This document shows, one piece after another, positions 48,853 through 58,900 of a DNA stretch of 64,000 nucleotides. Location of the stretch: assembly GCA_019058315.1 (NCBI GenBank), contig JAHPZH010000004.1, forward strand, positions 320,001 through 384,000, read 5' to 3'. The notes beneath the pieces were generated by a model that was given only the letters and a program-made list of their open reading frames with translations, made no database searches and was not told where the DNA came from. The position numbers and the translations under genes were made by a program. Source of the DNA: Candidatus Helarchaeota archaeon (GTDB lineage: Archaea; Asgardarchaeota; Lokiarchaeia; Helarchaeales; RDOG01). Numbering within the stretch: position 1 is the first letter of the stretch; each line of letters begins with the position of its first letter.

Positions 48853-50238
48853 TTATTCTTTTTTAATTGCAATTTGATAATAATACCATTCTATAATAGG
48901 CATATCCGGATCTTGGGGATTATTTTCGTATATACAATCTATTAATCCAATTTGTCTCATCCAAGGACAAATTACCACACCCACTTGAGGAATCAGTTGA
49001 AAATCGATAGGATCTGGTTTCAATTGATATTTATTATAAATGGTATCAATTTGCTTTTTTAATAAGGACCATTTTTCTAGGTTTTGTTTAACTAATACCG
49101 ACATGACTTCCTTTAGAACTGTTGGGTAGGAAATTGAAATACTTATAGCTTTAAGAAGAAACTTAATTTGATAAATTTCAAATTTGCGTAAAAATGCTGC
49201 TAAGTGAAGCATATCATTCCAATTAAGGTTTGTATTCAATGATAAATATTCGAAAATTGAGAGAGTAGCGGTAAGCTTCAAATGACTTAATTTATCACCA
49301 GATGAATAAATAGGAAAACTTTTATATGGATGTGAATGAACAAAACCTATTATTTTTTCACCAATATTTTCAAGTTCTAATATATTATTAATTAGATTTT
49401 TGTAATTTTGAGCAGTTACCATTTCTGCTCCAATTGAAAGTGGTTTATAACTATTTATTTCTTTTATAGACATATCAGAATTACGTTTACCTATCAAATA
49501 ACCACTACATTCGCGATCCCCCGACTTACGTGCATGTTCTGAAATTTCCGTTAAAATTTTTTTACTAAATACTAAATAACCCTTGGTTTTTATGTCAAAA
49601 TGCTTTTTATTAGTTACTTTAATTTGCAGACCTACTGGTACTAATTTATCAAAACCAACTATTGATTTATTAAAAGAAGAGATATCTGTTAGGTTTGAAT
49701 AATAACATTCAATAATTTTCTGTAAGGATAATTTATCAAGGGGGATCTGATAATATTCACTTACTTCTTTCATCCGCTTTAACGGATTTCCAAACATACT
49801 CAGCCAATACCAAACTCCTTCAATTAGACGATGTTTTAGCATTGGTCTCATTTTTCTAATTAAATTTATCCCACTTGGATTGCTCATTATAAATTTTTTA
49901 AGTATCAATTCATTATGCTGATCATAATTTTCATCTAGATTTAAGTAAGATTTAATTAATTTGTTAATTGATGAGGATATAATATTATTATCTAATATAA
50001 TTTCTCCATTTGAGGGGTAATAATAGTTGTTAGTAGTCGATTGATTAGTTAATACCATCTCTTTACTAGTTTCTGATGGTGGAGACGTGATTTGGGATAT
50101 TTTTTCATCAATTGTCCCATTACAGTTATGATTTATAGGTTGTCTATGTTTAAAACAGAAATCCCGATTACATTTTTTACAATGAAAAATTATATTAACT
50201 GATGTGTTGCAAAATTGACAATTTGTCACTATAAGCAT
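48853..50238 (-). CDS. AN1-type zinc finger + JAB/MPN+ (JAMM) metalloprotease fusion
   Basis: CQFC-x9-CKKC-x4-CFKH-x5-HNC; RECSGYLIG and GFVHSHP...SSGD. Confidence 0.85.
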   Translation of the reverse strand: MLIVTNCQFCNTSVNIIFHCKKCNRDFCFKHRQPINHNCNGTIDEKISQITSPPSETSKEMVLTNQSTTNNYYYPSNGEIILDNNIISSSINKLIKSYLNLDENYDQHNELILKKFIMSNPSGINLIRKMRPMLKHRLIEGVWYWLSMFGNPLKRMKEVSEYYQIPLDKLSLQKIIECYYSNLTDISSFNKSIVGFDKLVPVGLQIKVTNKKHFDIKTKGYLVFSKKILTEISEHARKSGDRECSGYLIGKRNSDMSIKEINSYKPLSIGAEMVTAQNYKNLINNILELENIGEKIIGFVHSHPYKSFPIYSSGDKLSHLKLTATLSIFEYLSLNTNLNWNDMLHLAAFLRKFEIYQIKFLLKAISISISYPTVLKEVMSVLVKQNLEKWSLLKKQIDTIYNKYQLKPDPIDFQLIPQVGVVICPWMRQIGLIDCIYENNPQDPDMPIIEWYYYQIAIKKE

Positions 50239-50347
50239 TCTCCCTAATTGATTTCAATATTATTTTAAATTTTTAAAATAAATGTGTTTTTCATATAAAA
50301 ATTAGTTCTATTATTTCTTTTATTTTAAAAAAAATAAAAGTTCAACA

Positions 50348-51127
50348 TTAAAAATCTTCATTAATATCCATCGAAATAACTCGTGAGGCATATCTAGCAA
50401 GCTGTGAACTCTTAAAATTTGAATTTAAATCTTTATCCTCTGGATAACCAATAAAGGGGCTTACTGATTTATCTTCTATATCCACAATCCAGACAAACTC
50501 TTGATTTAATAAGATTTTATTTGCATTAACCTTATAAAAATTTAAATAAGGTCCTGGAGAATTTCCTGTGGGTACAGCAAAAACTTGATTTTTTTCCCTA
50601 TGTAAATCCTTAATCTTATCATCTAAAATTAAAATTGATGGATAAACCAAAATTACATATTGTGAATTGCCTTTTATTGCTAAAATTTCGCGATTGATTG
50701 AATCCTTAATTTCAGCTGGTTCATAACCGCTTTTATTTAGAAATGTGTAAAGAATTTCTCTCATCTTTTCATTTTTGAATTTATATACCCTTTTACTTGC
50801 TTGTTCTAATATTTTCTCATCAGTACCAAATGTATGTCCAAAATAAAACGTAATATCTTTATAATTAATATGTTCAATTAACGAGGGTGCATTAATGGAG
50901 TCAGGAATTTCTTTTATACTTCCTAAAAAAATGTAATTCAAAGGTGTTGATTCATAATTTTCTTCTATATATTTTTCTTCATCTTTGGTTAGGGAAATTT
51001 CCTGTAATAAGTCCTTTATTTTTTCTCTTAATTCAGCCCTAGAAATGATTTTATATTCATCTGCAAAAATTTTTAATTTTTTATAGATAGAATTGATCTT
51101 TTCAAATAATTTTGATTCTGAATTCAA
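50348..51127 (-). CDS. Hypothetical protein
   Basis: 259-aa ORF; conserved-looking SVSPFIGYPED. Confidence 0.7.
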   Translation of the reverse strand: MNSESKLFEKINSIYKKLKIFADEYKIISRAELREKIKDLLQEISLTKDEEKYIEENYESTPLNYIFLGSIKEIPDSINAPSLIEHINYKDITFYFGHTFGTDEKILEQASKRVYKFKNEKMREILYTFLNKSGYEPAEIKDSINREILAIKGNSQYVILVYPSILILDDKIKDLHREKNQVFAVPTGNSPGPYLNFYKVNANKILLNQEFVWIVDIEDKSVSPFIGYPEDKDLNSNFKSSQLARYASRVISMDINEDF

Positions 51128-51266
51128 TTTAAGCCCAAATCTAATCGATTATCATAAAATTTCTAAATCGAAATATTAATTTGTTCAATAAAAATCTAAT
51201 TTTGAAATATAAAAAATTTAAAAATAATCATAAAGAATTAAAATTGAATAAATTAAGTGTGAAAAT

Positions 51267-51650
51267 ATGAATGCAAATAAAATATATTCAATCATTGGGC
51301 TTGGATCGTCCATTTATGTTTTAATATCTCATTTCTACATTTATAATCTTTTTTTTCAAGTAATTTCCTTCGCTTTATATATTTTATTAATCGCCATTTT
51401 TTGGCCTTATACTATAGATCAAGAGTTTAGTAGCGGTACGGAAAAAAAAATAGTCTCTATAGTTTTCATCTTAATAATCGCTTCGGGAATTGCTTATATT
51501 CTTCTTATTATTGATATTGGGGGCGGATCCATAATAATCCAAAAACAGGGAATATTTTATTTTATATCTTATTCCATTACAGCTGCCCTCCTCATTTCAA
51601 GTGTATTATTAATAATTGTTGTTTTCTTTCTTAAACCAGAATCTTCTTAA
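51267..51650 (+). CDS. Small 4-TM membrane protein
   Basis: Hydrophobicity pattern. Confidence 0.7.
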   Translation: MNANKIYSIIGLGSSIYVLISHFYIYNLFFQVISFALYILLIAIFWPYTIDQEFSSGTEKKIVSIVFILIIASGIAYILLIIDIGGGSIIIQKQGIFYFISYSITAALLISSVLLIIVVFFLKPESS

Positions 51651-51702
51651 AAAAATGACAACAATTGAAATATCATTAAAATAAGTAAAGGTTTGACTAT
51701 TA

Positions 51703-52278
51703 GTGAGCTCAATAAAATCATTTATCGAAAAATATACGAAAAAAATAATGCTTAAAAATGGTACTGAAGCATTATTAAGACCAATTAAAGATACAGATAG
51801 TCAATTATTGTATAATTTATTTCATTCTTGTTCATATGACACACTTTTTTATCGTTTTATGAGTTCATCAGTTTATTTGAATTTACAAAAAGGAAACACT
51901 TCTTTTGTTATGAAGACAGTGAGACGATTCACTCAAATTGATTATGAAAATCAACTCTCGATTGTTGCTATAAAAAAAGAAAATGATAAAGATATAATAG
52001 TATCTGAGGGCATGTATGTCAAAACGGGACCAAATCGTGCTGAAGTTGGTGCTTTAACCGGGGATGAATGGCAAAGACAAGGTCTCGCTACTAATATTGG
52101 TACCTTTTTGATGGAAATTGCTAAAACAAAGGAAATAAAATTCTTTGAAGGAGAAATTCTATTGGCTAACTTTAAATTAATAAATTTAATGAAAACCATG
52201 AAAATAAAATATAATAAGGTTATAAGTCATGGGACGTTACATTTCGAGATTGATTTAGACGAACCTTTTTATGAATAA
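51703..52278 (+). CDS. GNAT family acetyltransferase
   Basis: LLRPIK..D, TLFYRF, IDYENQLSIVA, AEVG...DEWQRQGLAT. Confidence 0.85.
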   Translation: MSSIKSFIEKYTKKIMLKNGTEALLRPIKDTDSQLLYNLFHSCSYDTLFYRFMSSSVYLNLQKGNTSFVMKTVRRFTQIDYENQLSIVAIKKENDKDIIVSEGMYVKTGPNRAEVGALTGDEWQRQGLATNIGTFLMEIAKTKEIKFFEGEILLANFKLINLMKTMKIKYNKVISHGTLHFEIDLDEPFYE

Positions 52279-53512
52279 TAAAAAAAAGATGATAATTTTG
52301 GAAGTTGATAATGTTAAACAGATTGAAAATGCTAAAAAAATGCTAGAAGCAATTGTACATGAAACTCCTTTAGAATATAATACAACTTTTAGTGAAGTCT
52401 CAGGAAACCAAATTTATCTTAAATTAGAAAACCTACAGAAAACTGGATCTTTTAAAGTTAGAGGCGCATTTAATAAAATAATGAAATTGAGTGAAAAAGA
52501 AAGAAAAAATGGAGTAATTGCTGCTTCTGCAGGGAATCATGGACAAGGTGTTGCTTTAGCAGCAAAGAAATCCGGAATAAAATCTACAATAGTTGTGCCT
52601 AAAGGTACACCCATAATTAAAATACAAGCAATAAAAAGTTATGATGCCGAAGTTATTGAATATGGTAAAAGTTTTGATGAAGCCTACCAAAAGGCTTTAG
52701 AAATTCAAAAAGAAAAAAAAATGACCTTTATAGAACCCTTTAATGATATGGATATTATTATTGGGCAAGGCACAATAGGATTAGAAATATTAAAACAATT
52801 ACCTGATGTTGATATTATAGTTGTTCCAATTGGAGGCGGAGGAATAATTTCTGGTATTGCTTTATATTGTAAAAGAGTTAATCCTAAAATTAAAATTATT
52901 GGAGTCCAATCTGAGGGTGTTAAGACTTTATATCACTCATTTAAAAAAGGAAAATACGAAATTCCAGAAATAAAGGATACTATAGCAGAAGGTATCGCTG
53001 TTAAGAGACCAGGAGATATAACTTTTAAAATAATTAAAAATACTGTGGATGATATAGTCACCGTAAATGATGATGAAATTGCAAATGCTATTTTAATGTT
53101 GATGGAAAGGGCTAAACTTATAGTTGAGGGGGCAGGAGCAGTTCCTCTAGCAGCAATTTTAAATAACAAAATACCTGCTAAAGATAAAAAAATAGTTTTA
53201 GTGTTATCTGGCGGAAATATTGATGTAAATTTAATAAATCGAATTATATTAAAAGGTCTTATTAAAGCTGGGCGTCTGTTAAAAATTGTAACTAAAATTA
53301 AGGATATACCAGGTAGTCTTTCAAAAATTCTACAAATAATTGCAGAAGAAGGTGGCAATATAATCACAATAGAACATAATAGAGCAAAAATCGACTTACC
53401 ATTTAAAGAAGCTGAAATTGAAATTGATTTGGAAACAAGAGATAGTTCTCATATTTCTAAAATTTTAAAACGTCTGAAGAAAGAGAATTACCTAATAGAA
53501 GTCGAGGAATAA
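52271..53512 (+). CDS. ilvA: Threonine ammonia-lyase with C-terminal ACT domain
   Basis: KLENLQKTGSFKVRGA, ASAGNHGQG, PIGGGGIISG, LSGGNID, ACT domain. Confidence 0.93.
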   Translation: MNNKKKMIILEVDNVKQIENAKKMLEAIVHETPLEYNTTFSEVSGNQIYLKLENLQKTGSFKVRGAFNKIMKLSEKERKNGVIAASAGNHGQGVALAAKKSGIKSTIVVPKGTPIIKIQAIKSYDAEVIEYGKSFDEAYQKALEIQKEKKMTFIEPFNDMDIIIGQGTIGLEILKQLPDVDIIVVPIGGGGIISGIALYCKRVNPKIKIIGVQSEGVKTLYHSFKKGKYEIPEIKDTIAEGIAVKRPGDITFKIIKNTVDDIVTVNDDEIANAILMLMERAKLIVEGAGAVPLAAILNNKIPAKDKKIVLVLSGGNIDVNLINRIILKGLIKAGRLLKIVTKIKDIPGSLSKILQIIAEEGGNIITIEHNRAKIDLPFKEAEIEIDLETRDSSHISKILKRLKKENYLIEVEE

Positions 53513-53552
53513 TCCTGATAAGTATAATTTAAAAAAAAGAGAAAGAGAAATA

Positions 53553-54131
53553 TTATTCTTGCATTTCCATCAATTTTGAAATTAATGCTATAGTAAAACC
53601 TTGAAATGTTAAAGCTATTCCTAGTATAAATCCAGTTATTGGAGCACTCACGAAAAAATACAGTCCAACAAATCTATTTACCGGGTTTACATTTACCAAT
53701 CCAGCAAGACCTATTAGATAGGATAATGTCATTGCATTAAAATTCGCCCGAAAACCTATTAACATTATAATAGGACCCGCTACACTTAAACCTACACCAA
53801 CCCATAAAAGATATAATTGTAATGAATAAGTAATTCCTTCGTCAATCACCGAATAGACAAATAAGAAAGTAATCAAACCGACTCCAACTAATGATAAAAC
53901 CGTACCTATAAATATACCTGATACATTTAATTTAATCATTATTAAAAACGAGATTTGCCAGATATTATTACCAAACGAACCCATTCTACTTGCAAACGCA
54001 ACTATCATAGCTAAAAATACTTGATCATAATAATTACCAAATGCTAATAGAGCTAATATTGGTCCTACTGCTATTAATGCTATTCCTGCCCAAGTTATAA
54101 TCAATTTTATTTTTTCAGGAATTTCAAACAT
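53553..54131 (-). CDS. Membrane protein with internal duplication
   Basis: WAGIALIAVGPI vs WVGVGLSVAGPI halves. Confidence 0.7.
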   Translation of the reverse strand: MFEIPEKIKLIITWAGIALIAVGPILALLAFGNYYDQVFLAMIVAFASRMGSFGNNIWQISFLIMIKLNVSGIFIGTVLSLVGVGLITFLFVYSVIDEGITYSLQLYLLWVGVGLSVAGPIIMLIGFRANFNAMTLSYLIGLAGLVNVNPVNRFVGLYFFVSAPITGFILGIALTFQGFTIALISKLMEMQE

Positions 54132-54235
54132 TTAATTCCTCCAAATGCGAAGTATAAATAATTATTAAATCTTACACTTTTTTATCATTAATTTAAATCT
54201 TATCTCAAGTAAATATTATTAAATGGTGAAAGATT

Positions 54236-55396
54236 ATGAGAAAAGTTGCAATAGTAGCTGCTGGAGAATCCAAATTTGGAGATCGAGTTGGTAAAGAATA
54301 TGAAGAACTCATATCCGAAGCATATCTTGAAGCAATGTCAAGTGTGAATAATATAGAACCTAAGGATATCCAAGAAGCTTTTTGGGGATCGTTGGCCTTT
54401 GGTGGATCTCAACTAGGAAATATGAGTGCGCTTCTAGTTGATGGTATAAATATCATGGGTATACCTACTTCTCGGATTGAAAATGCTTGTGCGAGTAGTG
54501 GTTACGCCTTGAGATATGCTTTTTTTTCTATCGCTGCGGGAATAAATGATATTGTTATTGCTGGAGGGGCAGAAAAGATGCAAGATATTTCGCGAGCTAC
54601 AAGATTATATTGGTTCGGAGTGGGTGGAGATATTAAATGGGAACGCTTATCTGGAATGACATTTCCAGGGAATTATGCACTTATGGCTTCCAGACATATG
54701 CACGAATTTGGAACTAAAAAAGAAGATTTAGCACAAGTTGCTGTAAAAAACCACAAATTTGCATCAAATAATCCTAAAGCACAATTTCAAAAGGCTATAA
54801 CTTTAGAACAAGCGATGAAAGCTCCAATGGTAGCATATCCTCTCAATATTTTTGATTGTTGTCCTTTAACAGATGGTGCATCTTGTGTTATTCTATGTCC
54901 TGCTGAAGATGCTAAAAAATACACAGATACTCCAATTGAAATTATTGGTGCAGGGGCCGGAAGCGATCATTTAGCTTTATATCAAAGAGAATCATTAACT
55001 AGAATAGAAGGGGCAGTTAAAGCTAGTAAAATGGCTTTTGATATGGCAAAAATGACTCCAAATGATATAAATGTCGCTGAAGTGCATGATTGTTTTACAA
55101 TAGCTGAGATTCTAGCTTACGAAGATGTAGGTTTTTGTAAAAAAGGAGAAGGCGGTAAATTTATTTCTGAAGGTTTATCTGATATTGGTGGAAAAGTCCC
55201 AATTAACTCAGGAGGAGGATTGAAAGCAAAAGGTCATCCAATTGGAGCCACAGGTACTGCTCAAGTTTATGAAATATTTCATCAATTAAGAGGAGAACAT
55301 ATAAATCAAGTTGATGGTGCAGAAACTGCCCTAACTCACAATGTTGGGGGAACAGGGTCATCTTGTACTGTTCATATTTTTAAAAGGATGAGGTGA
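54236..55396 (+). CDS. Archaeal-type (SCP2-like) thiolase / acetyl-CoA acetyltransferase
   Basis: ENACASSG, AEVHDCFTIAE, GHPIGATG, HNVGG. Confidence 0.93.
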   Translation: MRKVAIVAAGESKFGDRVGKEYEELISEAYLEAMSSVNNIEPKDIQEAFWGSLAFGGSQLGNMSALLVDGINIMGIPTSRIENACASSGYALRYAFFSIAAGINDIVIAGGAEKMQDISRATRLYWFGVGGDIKWERLSGMTFPGNYALMASRHMHEFGTKKEDLAQVAVKNHKFASNNPKAQFQKAITLEQAMKAPMVAYPLNIFDCCPLTDGASCVILCPAEDAKKYTDTPIEIIGAGAGSDHLALYQRESLTRIEGAVKASKMAFDMAKMTPNDINVAEVHDCFTIAEILAYEDVGFCKKGEGGKFISEGLSDIGGKVPINSGGGLKAKGHPIGATGTAQVYEIFHQLRGEHINQVDGAETALTHNVGGTGSSCTVHIFKRMR

Positions 55397-55400
55397 AATT

Positions 55401-56429
55401 TTGAAATCAAAACTTAAAATTCTTGGATATGGAAGTTATATACCACGGTTTCGAATTAAAAAAGAAGAGTACGTTAAGACATGGGGAAGTTTTCAAGGTA
55501 AAATTCAAGAAAAATCTGTAATTGGTTATGATGAGGATACCTTGACCATGGCTGTTGAAGCTGGAAAAAATGCTTTAAAAAATTCAAAGGTAAAAAGAGA
55601 AGACATAAAAGTGATTACAGTAGGATCAGGATCTCCTCCTTACGCACTTCGTTCAATGTCCTCAGAAGTCGCCATGGCGATCGGTATACCTTTGGATATT
55701 GTTTTATTAGATTTTAAGGAATCTGAAAAGGCAGGAACAACTGGTCTATTAACTAGTATCGATATTTTATCTAATCGAGGAGGAACTGGTTTAGTAATTG
55801 GAAGTGATTCTCCTCTTGCAAAACCGAATGATGAGGTTGAACATACATTTGGGGCAGGGGCGGCTGCTTTAATCGTTGGAAAAAATGGTGGAATTGCTGA
55901 TATAGAGGGATATAGTTCTAACAATGTATCATTTATGGCTGATCGTTTTAGAAAAGATGGGGATACGACAATTCAAGATTTATCAATTGCATCTTATAAA
56001 AAATATGCCTATCAGAATTCAATATCTGGAGCGGTTACTAAATTAATGGATGAACTTGGACTAAAATCTGATGATTTTAATCACGCTTTTATTCAAGGGC
56101 ACGATAGTCGAGAACCTACTCGCGTTATACCGAAATTAATTGACAAAAAGAAGATCTATACAGAAACATTAAATGTTTTAGGTGATACTGGTGCTGCATC
56201 AGCATTGATTGGAATGATTGGAATATTAAGCAAAGTATCGAAGCCTAATGATAGAATCTTATGTGTATCGTACGGCTCTGGAGCAGGAAGCGAGGCTTTC
56301 AGTATATTGGTTAAAGATAAACAAGTTAATGATCCAGAAACACCTGATTTTGAGATGTATCTGAACAATAAAAATTATTTGGATTATAGTCAGTATATTA
56401 AATTTCGAGAATTAATAGATTTGGAGTAG
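55401..56429 (+). CDS. HMG-CoA synthase-like protein lacking the catalytic triad
   Basis: GYGSYIPRFRI, DEDTLTMAVEA, GAGAAA, SYGSGAGS; Glu/Cys/His motifs read GSGSPPY, SEKAGT, IQGHD. Confidence 0.85.
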   Translation: MKSKLKILGYGSYIPRFRIKKEEYVKTWGSFQGKIQEKSVIGYDEDTLTMAVEAGKNALKNSKVKREDIKVITVGSGSPPYALRSMSSEVAMAIGIPLDIVLLDFKESEKAGTTGLLTSIDILSNRGGTGLVIGSDSPLAKPNDEVEHTFGAGAAALIVGKNGGIADIEGYSSNNVSFMADRFRKDGDTTIQDLSIASYKKYAYQNSISGAVTKLMDELGLKSDDFNHAFIQGHDSREPTRVIPKLIDKKKIYTETLNVLGDTGAASALIGMIGILSKVSKPNDRILCVSYGSGAGSEAFSILVKDKQVNDPETPDFEMYLNNKNYLDYSQYIKFRELIDLE

Positions 56430-56861
56430 GTGAATTATATGGCACATGTTTCAGTTCCAAAATATTGGAAAATTTTACCCCAAAAATATAGATTAGTTGC
56501 AGGTAAGTGTAAAGAATGTGGACACTTAAATTTTCCACCTAGACCAATATGTGAAAAATGTAGCAAAACCGATACTCAAGAAGATGTTGAATTAAAAGGT
56601 CGTGGAAAAGTTTATACGTTTACAATTATTGGACGTGGAGCAGCCCCTCCTGAGTTTGCAAAGATGCAGAAAAAATGCGGACCTTATGCTATTGCAGTAG
56701 TGGAATTGGAAGAAGGTCAAAAAATCAATGTCCAATTAACAGATTGTGATCCGTTTGAAATTAAAATTGGTATGCCAGTAACTGCAGTTTTTCGACAAAT
56801 TTACGAACAAGAATCGGTAATTCGTTATGGACTTAAATTCAGACCCGCTTTAAAAAAATAA
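56430..56861 (+). CDS. DUF35 Zn-ribbon/OB-fold protein
   Basis: CKECGHLNFPPRPICEKC, GKVYTFTII, AVVELEEG, YGLKFRP; probable start ATG at 56439. Confidence 0.93.
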   Translation: MNYMAHVSVPKYWKILPQKYRLVAGKCKECGHLNFPPRPICEKCSKTDTQEDVELKGRGKVYTFTIIGRGAAPPEFAKMQKKCGPYAIAVVELEEGQKINVQLTDCDPFEIKIGMPVTAVFRQIYEQESVIRYGLKFRPALKK

Positions 56862-57071
56862 TGAAATAAAACTTTTAATCTATCTTTGTGGATTTTTTTC
56901 AAGTTCCTTTCTTAAACCTTTAACAATTCGACTCATATTCTGTTCGCCTTTTTTTTCTCTAAAATAGAAATCTTATTCACTTTAAAATCTTGCCAAAGAT
57001 ATTTAAATTATGATTTATCATTCATAACTACAAATAATAGGGTTAAATATTATTTATTTGGAGGTTTTATA

Positions 57072-57611
57072 ACGGTTAAAATATTAATTACAAAAGATTC
57101 TTGGCTTAGTGAATTTAAAAAAGATAAAAATTATGGTGCTGGAAAAGGATGGAAAGAAAATTTTAAAGAAGGACGTCCTGCCTTGTTTCTCGGGTTCGGT
57201 GGTAGAGATAAAAAGATAGTTGTACTTGGCTTTGACACAGATGAGTTGAAGGGAAAAGATATTAAAAAGGCAACATTGAAATTAGCTGTTGTTTATTCTG
57301 GTTCTGCCAAGGAAATGGTACACGAAGCAAAAGCTATATTGGAAGATTGGGACCAAGATAAGGTGACTTGGAACAATTTAAAAAAGTTTGGGCCAGTAAT
57401 ATCTACCGCCACGATTAAGGGTTCTTGGAACTATAACGCTAAACCTAAATGGATTGAATGGGACATTACTTCAATCGTCAAAGATTGTGTTGCTGGAAAA
57501 GCCTTTGGTATTGCTATAGATACTCAAGGAAGTGCAGGAGTTGATAGACAAGTCGAGCCTAGTGAGTCTGAAAATGCCGACCTACGTCCCTATATCGAAG
57601 TGGAGCTATAA
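57072..57611 (+). CDS. DNRLRE/CBM96-like domain protein (start extended to putative ACG)
   Basis: In-frame upstream KDSWLSE..DKNYG, then IKKATLKL, W...VTWNN, EWDITSIV, SE....RPYIEV. Confidence 0.75.
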   Translation, partial: TVKILITKDSWLSEFKKDKNYGAGKGWKENFKEGRPALFLGFGGRDKKIVVLGFDTDELKGKDIKKATLKLAVVYSGSAKEMVHEAKAILEDWDQDKVTWNNLKKFGPVISTATIKGSWNYNAKPKWIEWDITSIVKDCVAGKAFGIAIDTQGSAGVDRQVEPSESENADLRPYIEVEL

Positions 57612-57751
57612 AAAAAAATAATTTTTATTATTTTTTGATGATTATAATAAAAAATGAATAGAGAATCCAAAAAGTGATTGAATTAATGTTTCAATTTCAA
57701 AAATTAAAAAAATCTAGATTATAGAAATTTTAACTAATAAAGAGGATAATA

Positions 57752-58885
57752 TTGAATCAGTTGATATCATTTCTAGTAATTTTAATAATGATTTCAATAT
57801 TATCCGTATTTTTAAAATATTCAATCGGTGTTTTAAAAAATAGAACTCAAATAAATCAATTATTTATCCTTTCTTTCATTTTTTTCGGATTTGGAATACT
57901 CTCTGACCTCATAAGAATTTTAGAAATTATATTTTTGGGAACTATCAATGAAAATATAGATAAAATTGTCTTTATCTTGAAAGTATTTCTTTATTTCTTT
58001 GGAACTTCCACTATTATTTATATTATGCAAATATTAAGCAGACAAAGTGGTCATCATACGAAAAAAGATACTGCAATAAGTACATCCTATTATATTTTAA
58101 ATCCATTTATCTCAATTTTAAATAGTTATACATTTATTAAAACAAATATTAACGAATATGGATTTTATTTTTTTCAAATCAATCCTTTTGTATTTTTATT
58201 AACTTTAGCAATATTATCTCCTCTTTTTGCTTATGTTTTTTTTAAAGTTAAAGTTCTTAAAAGCGAGATTAAAAGTGAACTAACGAGAAAACAAGTAGAT
58301 GTCTGTATAACTGCTTTTATATTAATTGAAATTAATTGTACAACAATTCTTATATTTTATTCATTGTTTAATAATTCGATTTATATCCTAATTACAAATC
58401 TTTTGATATTATTAACGTCTACTTATGTTTTTACTTTTTCATTATTTCGAAAATATCCAGATTTTTTAAATGCTGTAAGTACTTATTATTCTATCAGATC
58501 TATCTATATAATAGGAGGTAAAGGTGTTATTATTTATGAGTATGATTTTCAGAAAGAATCTTTAAAAGATCCTCTATCTACAAGAGAGTTATTATTAGGA
58601 GGTTTTTTATACATAATAGATAGTGGTTTAGTTACATTATTCGACGCAAAAGAGGATATTAAGTCAATAAATATTGGAAATATGAATTTAATATTTACTC
58701 ATGGAAAATATGTTTTTGGATTATTATTAACTACAGATTATACTTTTGTTATGGCTCGTAAATTAAATAATTTTGTTGAAAAATTTGAAAATAATTATAA
58801 GAATATACTTGAAAATTGGTCAGGTGAAATTACAGAATATAATTCAGAAATTATTCAAAATTGGATAGATGAATTTTTTAGATAA
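57752..58885 (+). CDS. 7-TM + C-terminal longin-domain protein 1
   Basis: Seven hydrophobic helices, then IRSIYIIGGKGVIIYEYDF...LLGGFLYII...FVEKFENNY...NWSG. Confidence 0.8.
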   Translation: MNQLISFLVILIMISILSVFLKYSIGVLKNRTQINQLFILSFIFFGFGILSDLIRILEIIFLGTINENIDKIVFILKVFLYFFGTSTIIYIMQILSRQSGHHTKKDTAISTSYYILNPFISILNSYTFIKTNINEYGFYFFQINPFVFLLTLAILSPLFAYVFFKVKVLKSEIKSELTRKQVDVCITAFILIEINCTTILIFYSLFNNSIYILITNLLILLTSTYVFTFSLFRKYPDFLNAVSTYYSIRSIYIIGGKGVIIYEYDFQKESLKDPLSTRELLLGGFLYIIDSGLVTLFDAKEDIKSINIGNMNLIFTHGKYVFGLLLTTDYTFVMARKLNNFVEKFENNYKNILENWSGEITEYNSEIIQNWIDEFFR

Positions 58886-58900
58886 ATTTAGAATCTATAA

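Noticed and set aside
55401-56429. Functional HMG-CoA synthase of the mevalonate pathway
   Set aside because: Catalytic Glu and Cys are substituted and the His motif is disrupted
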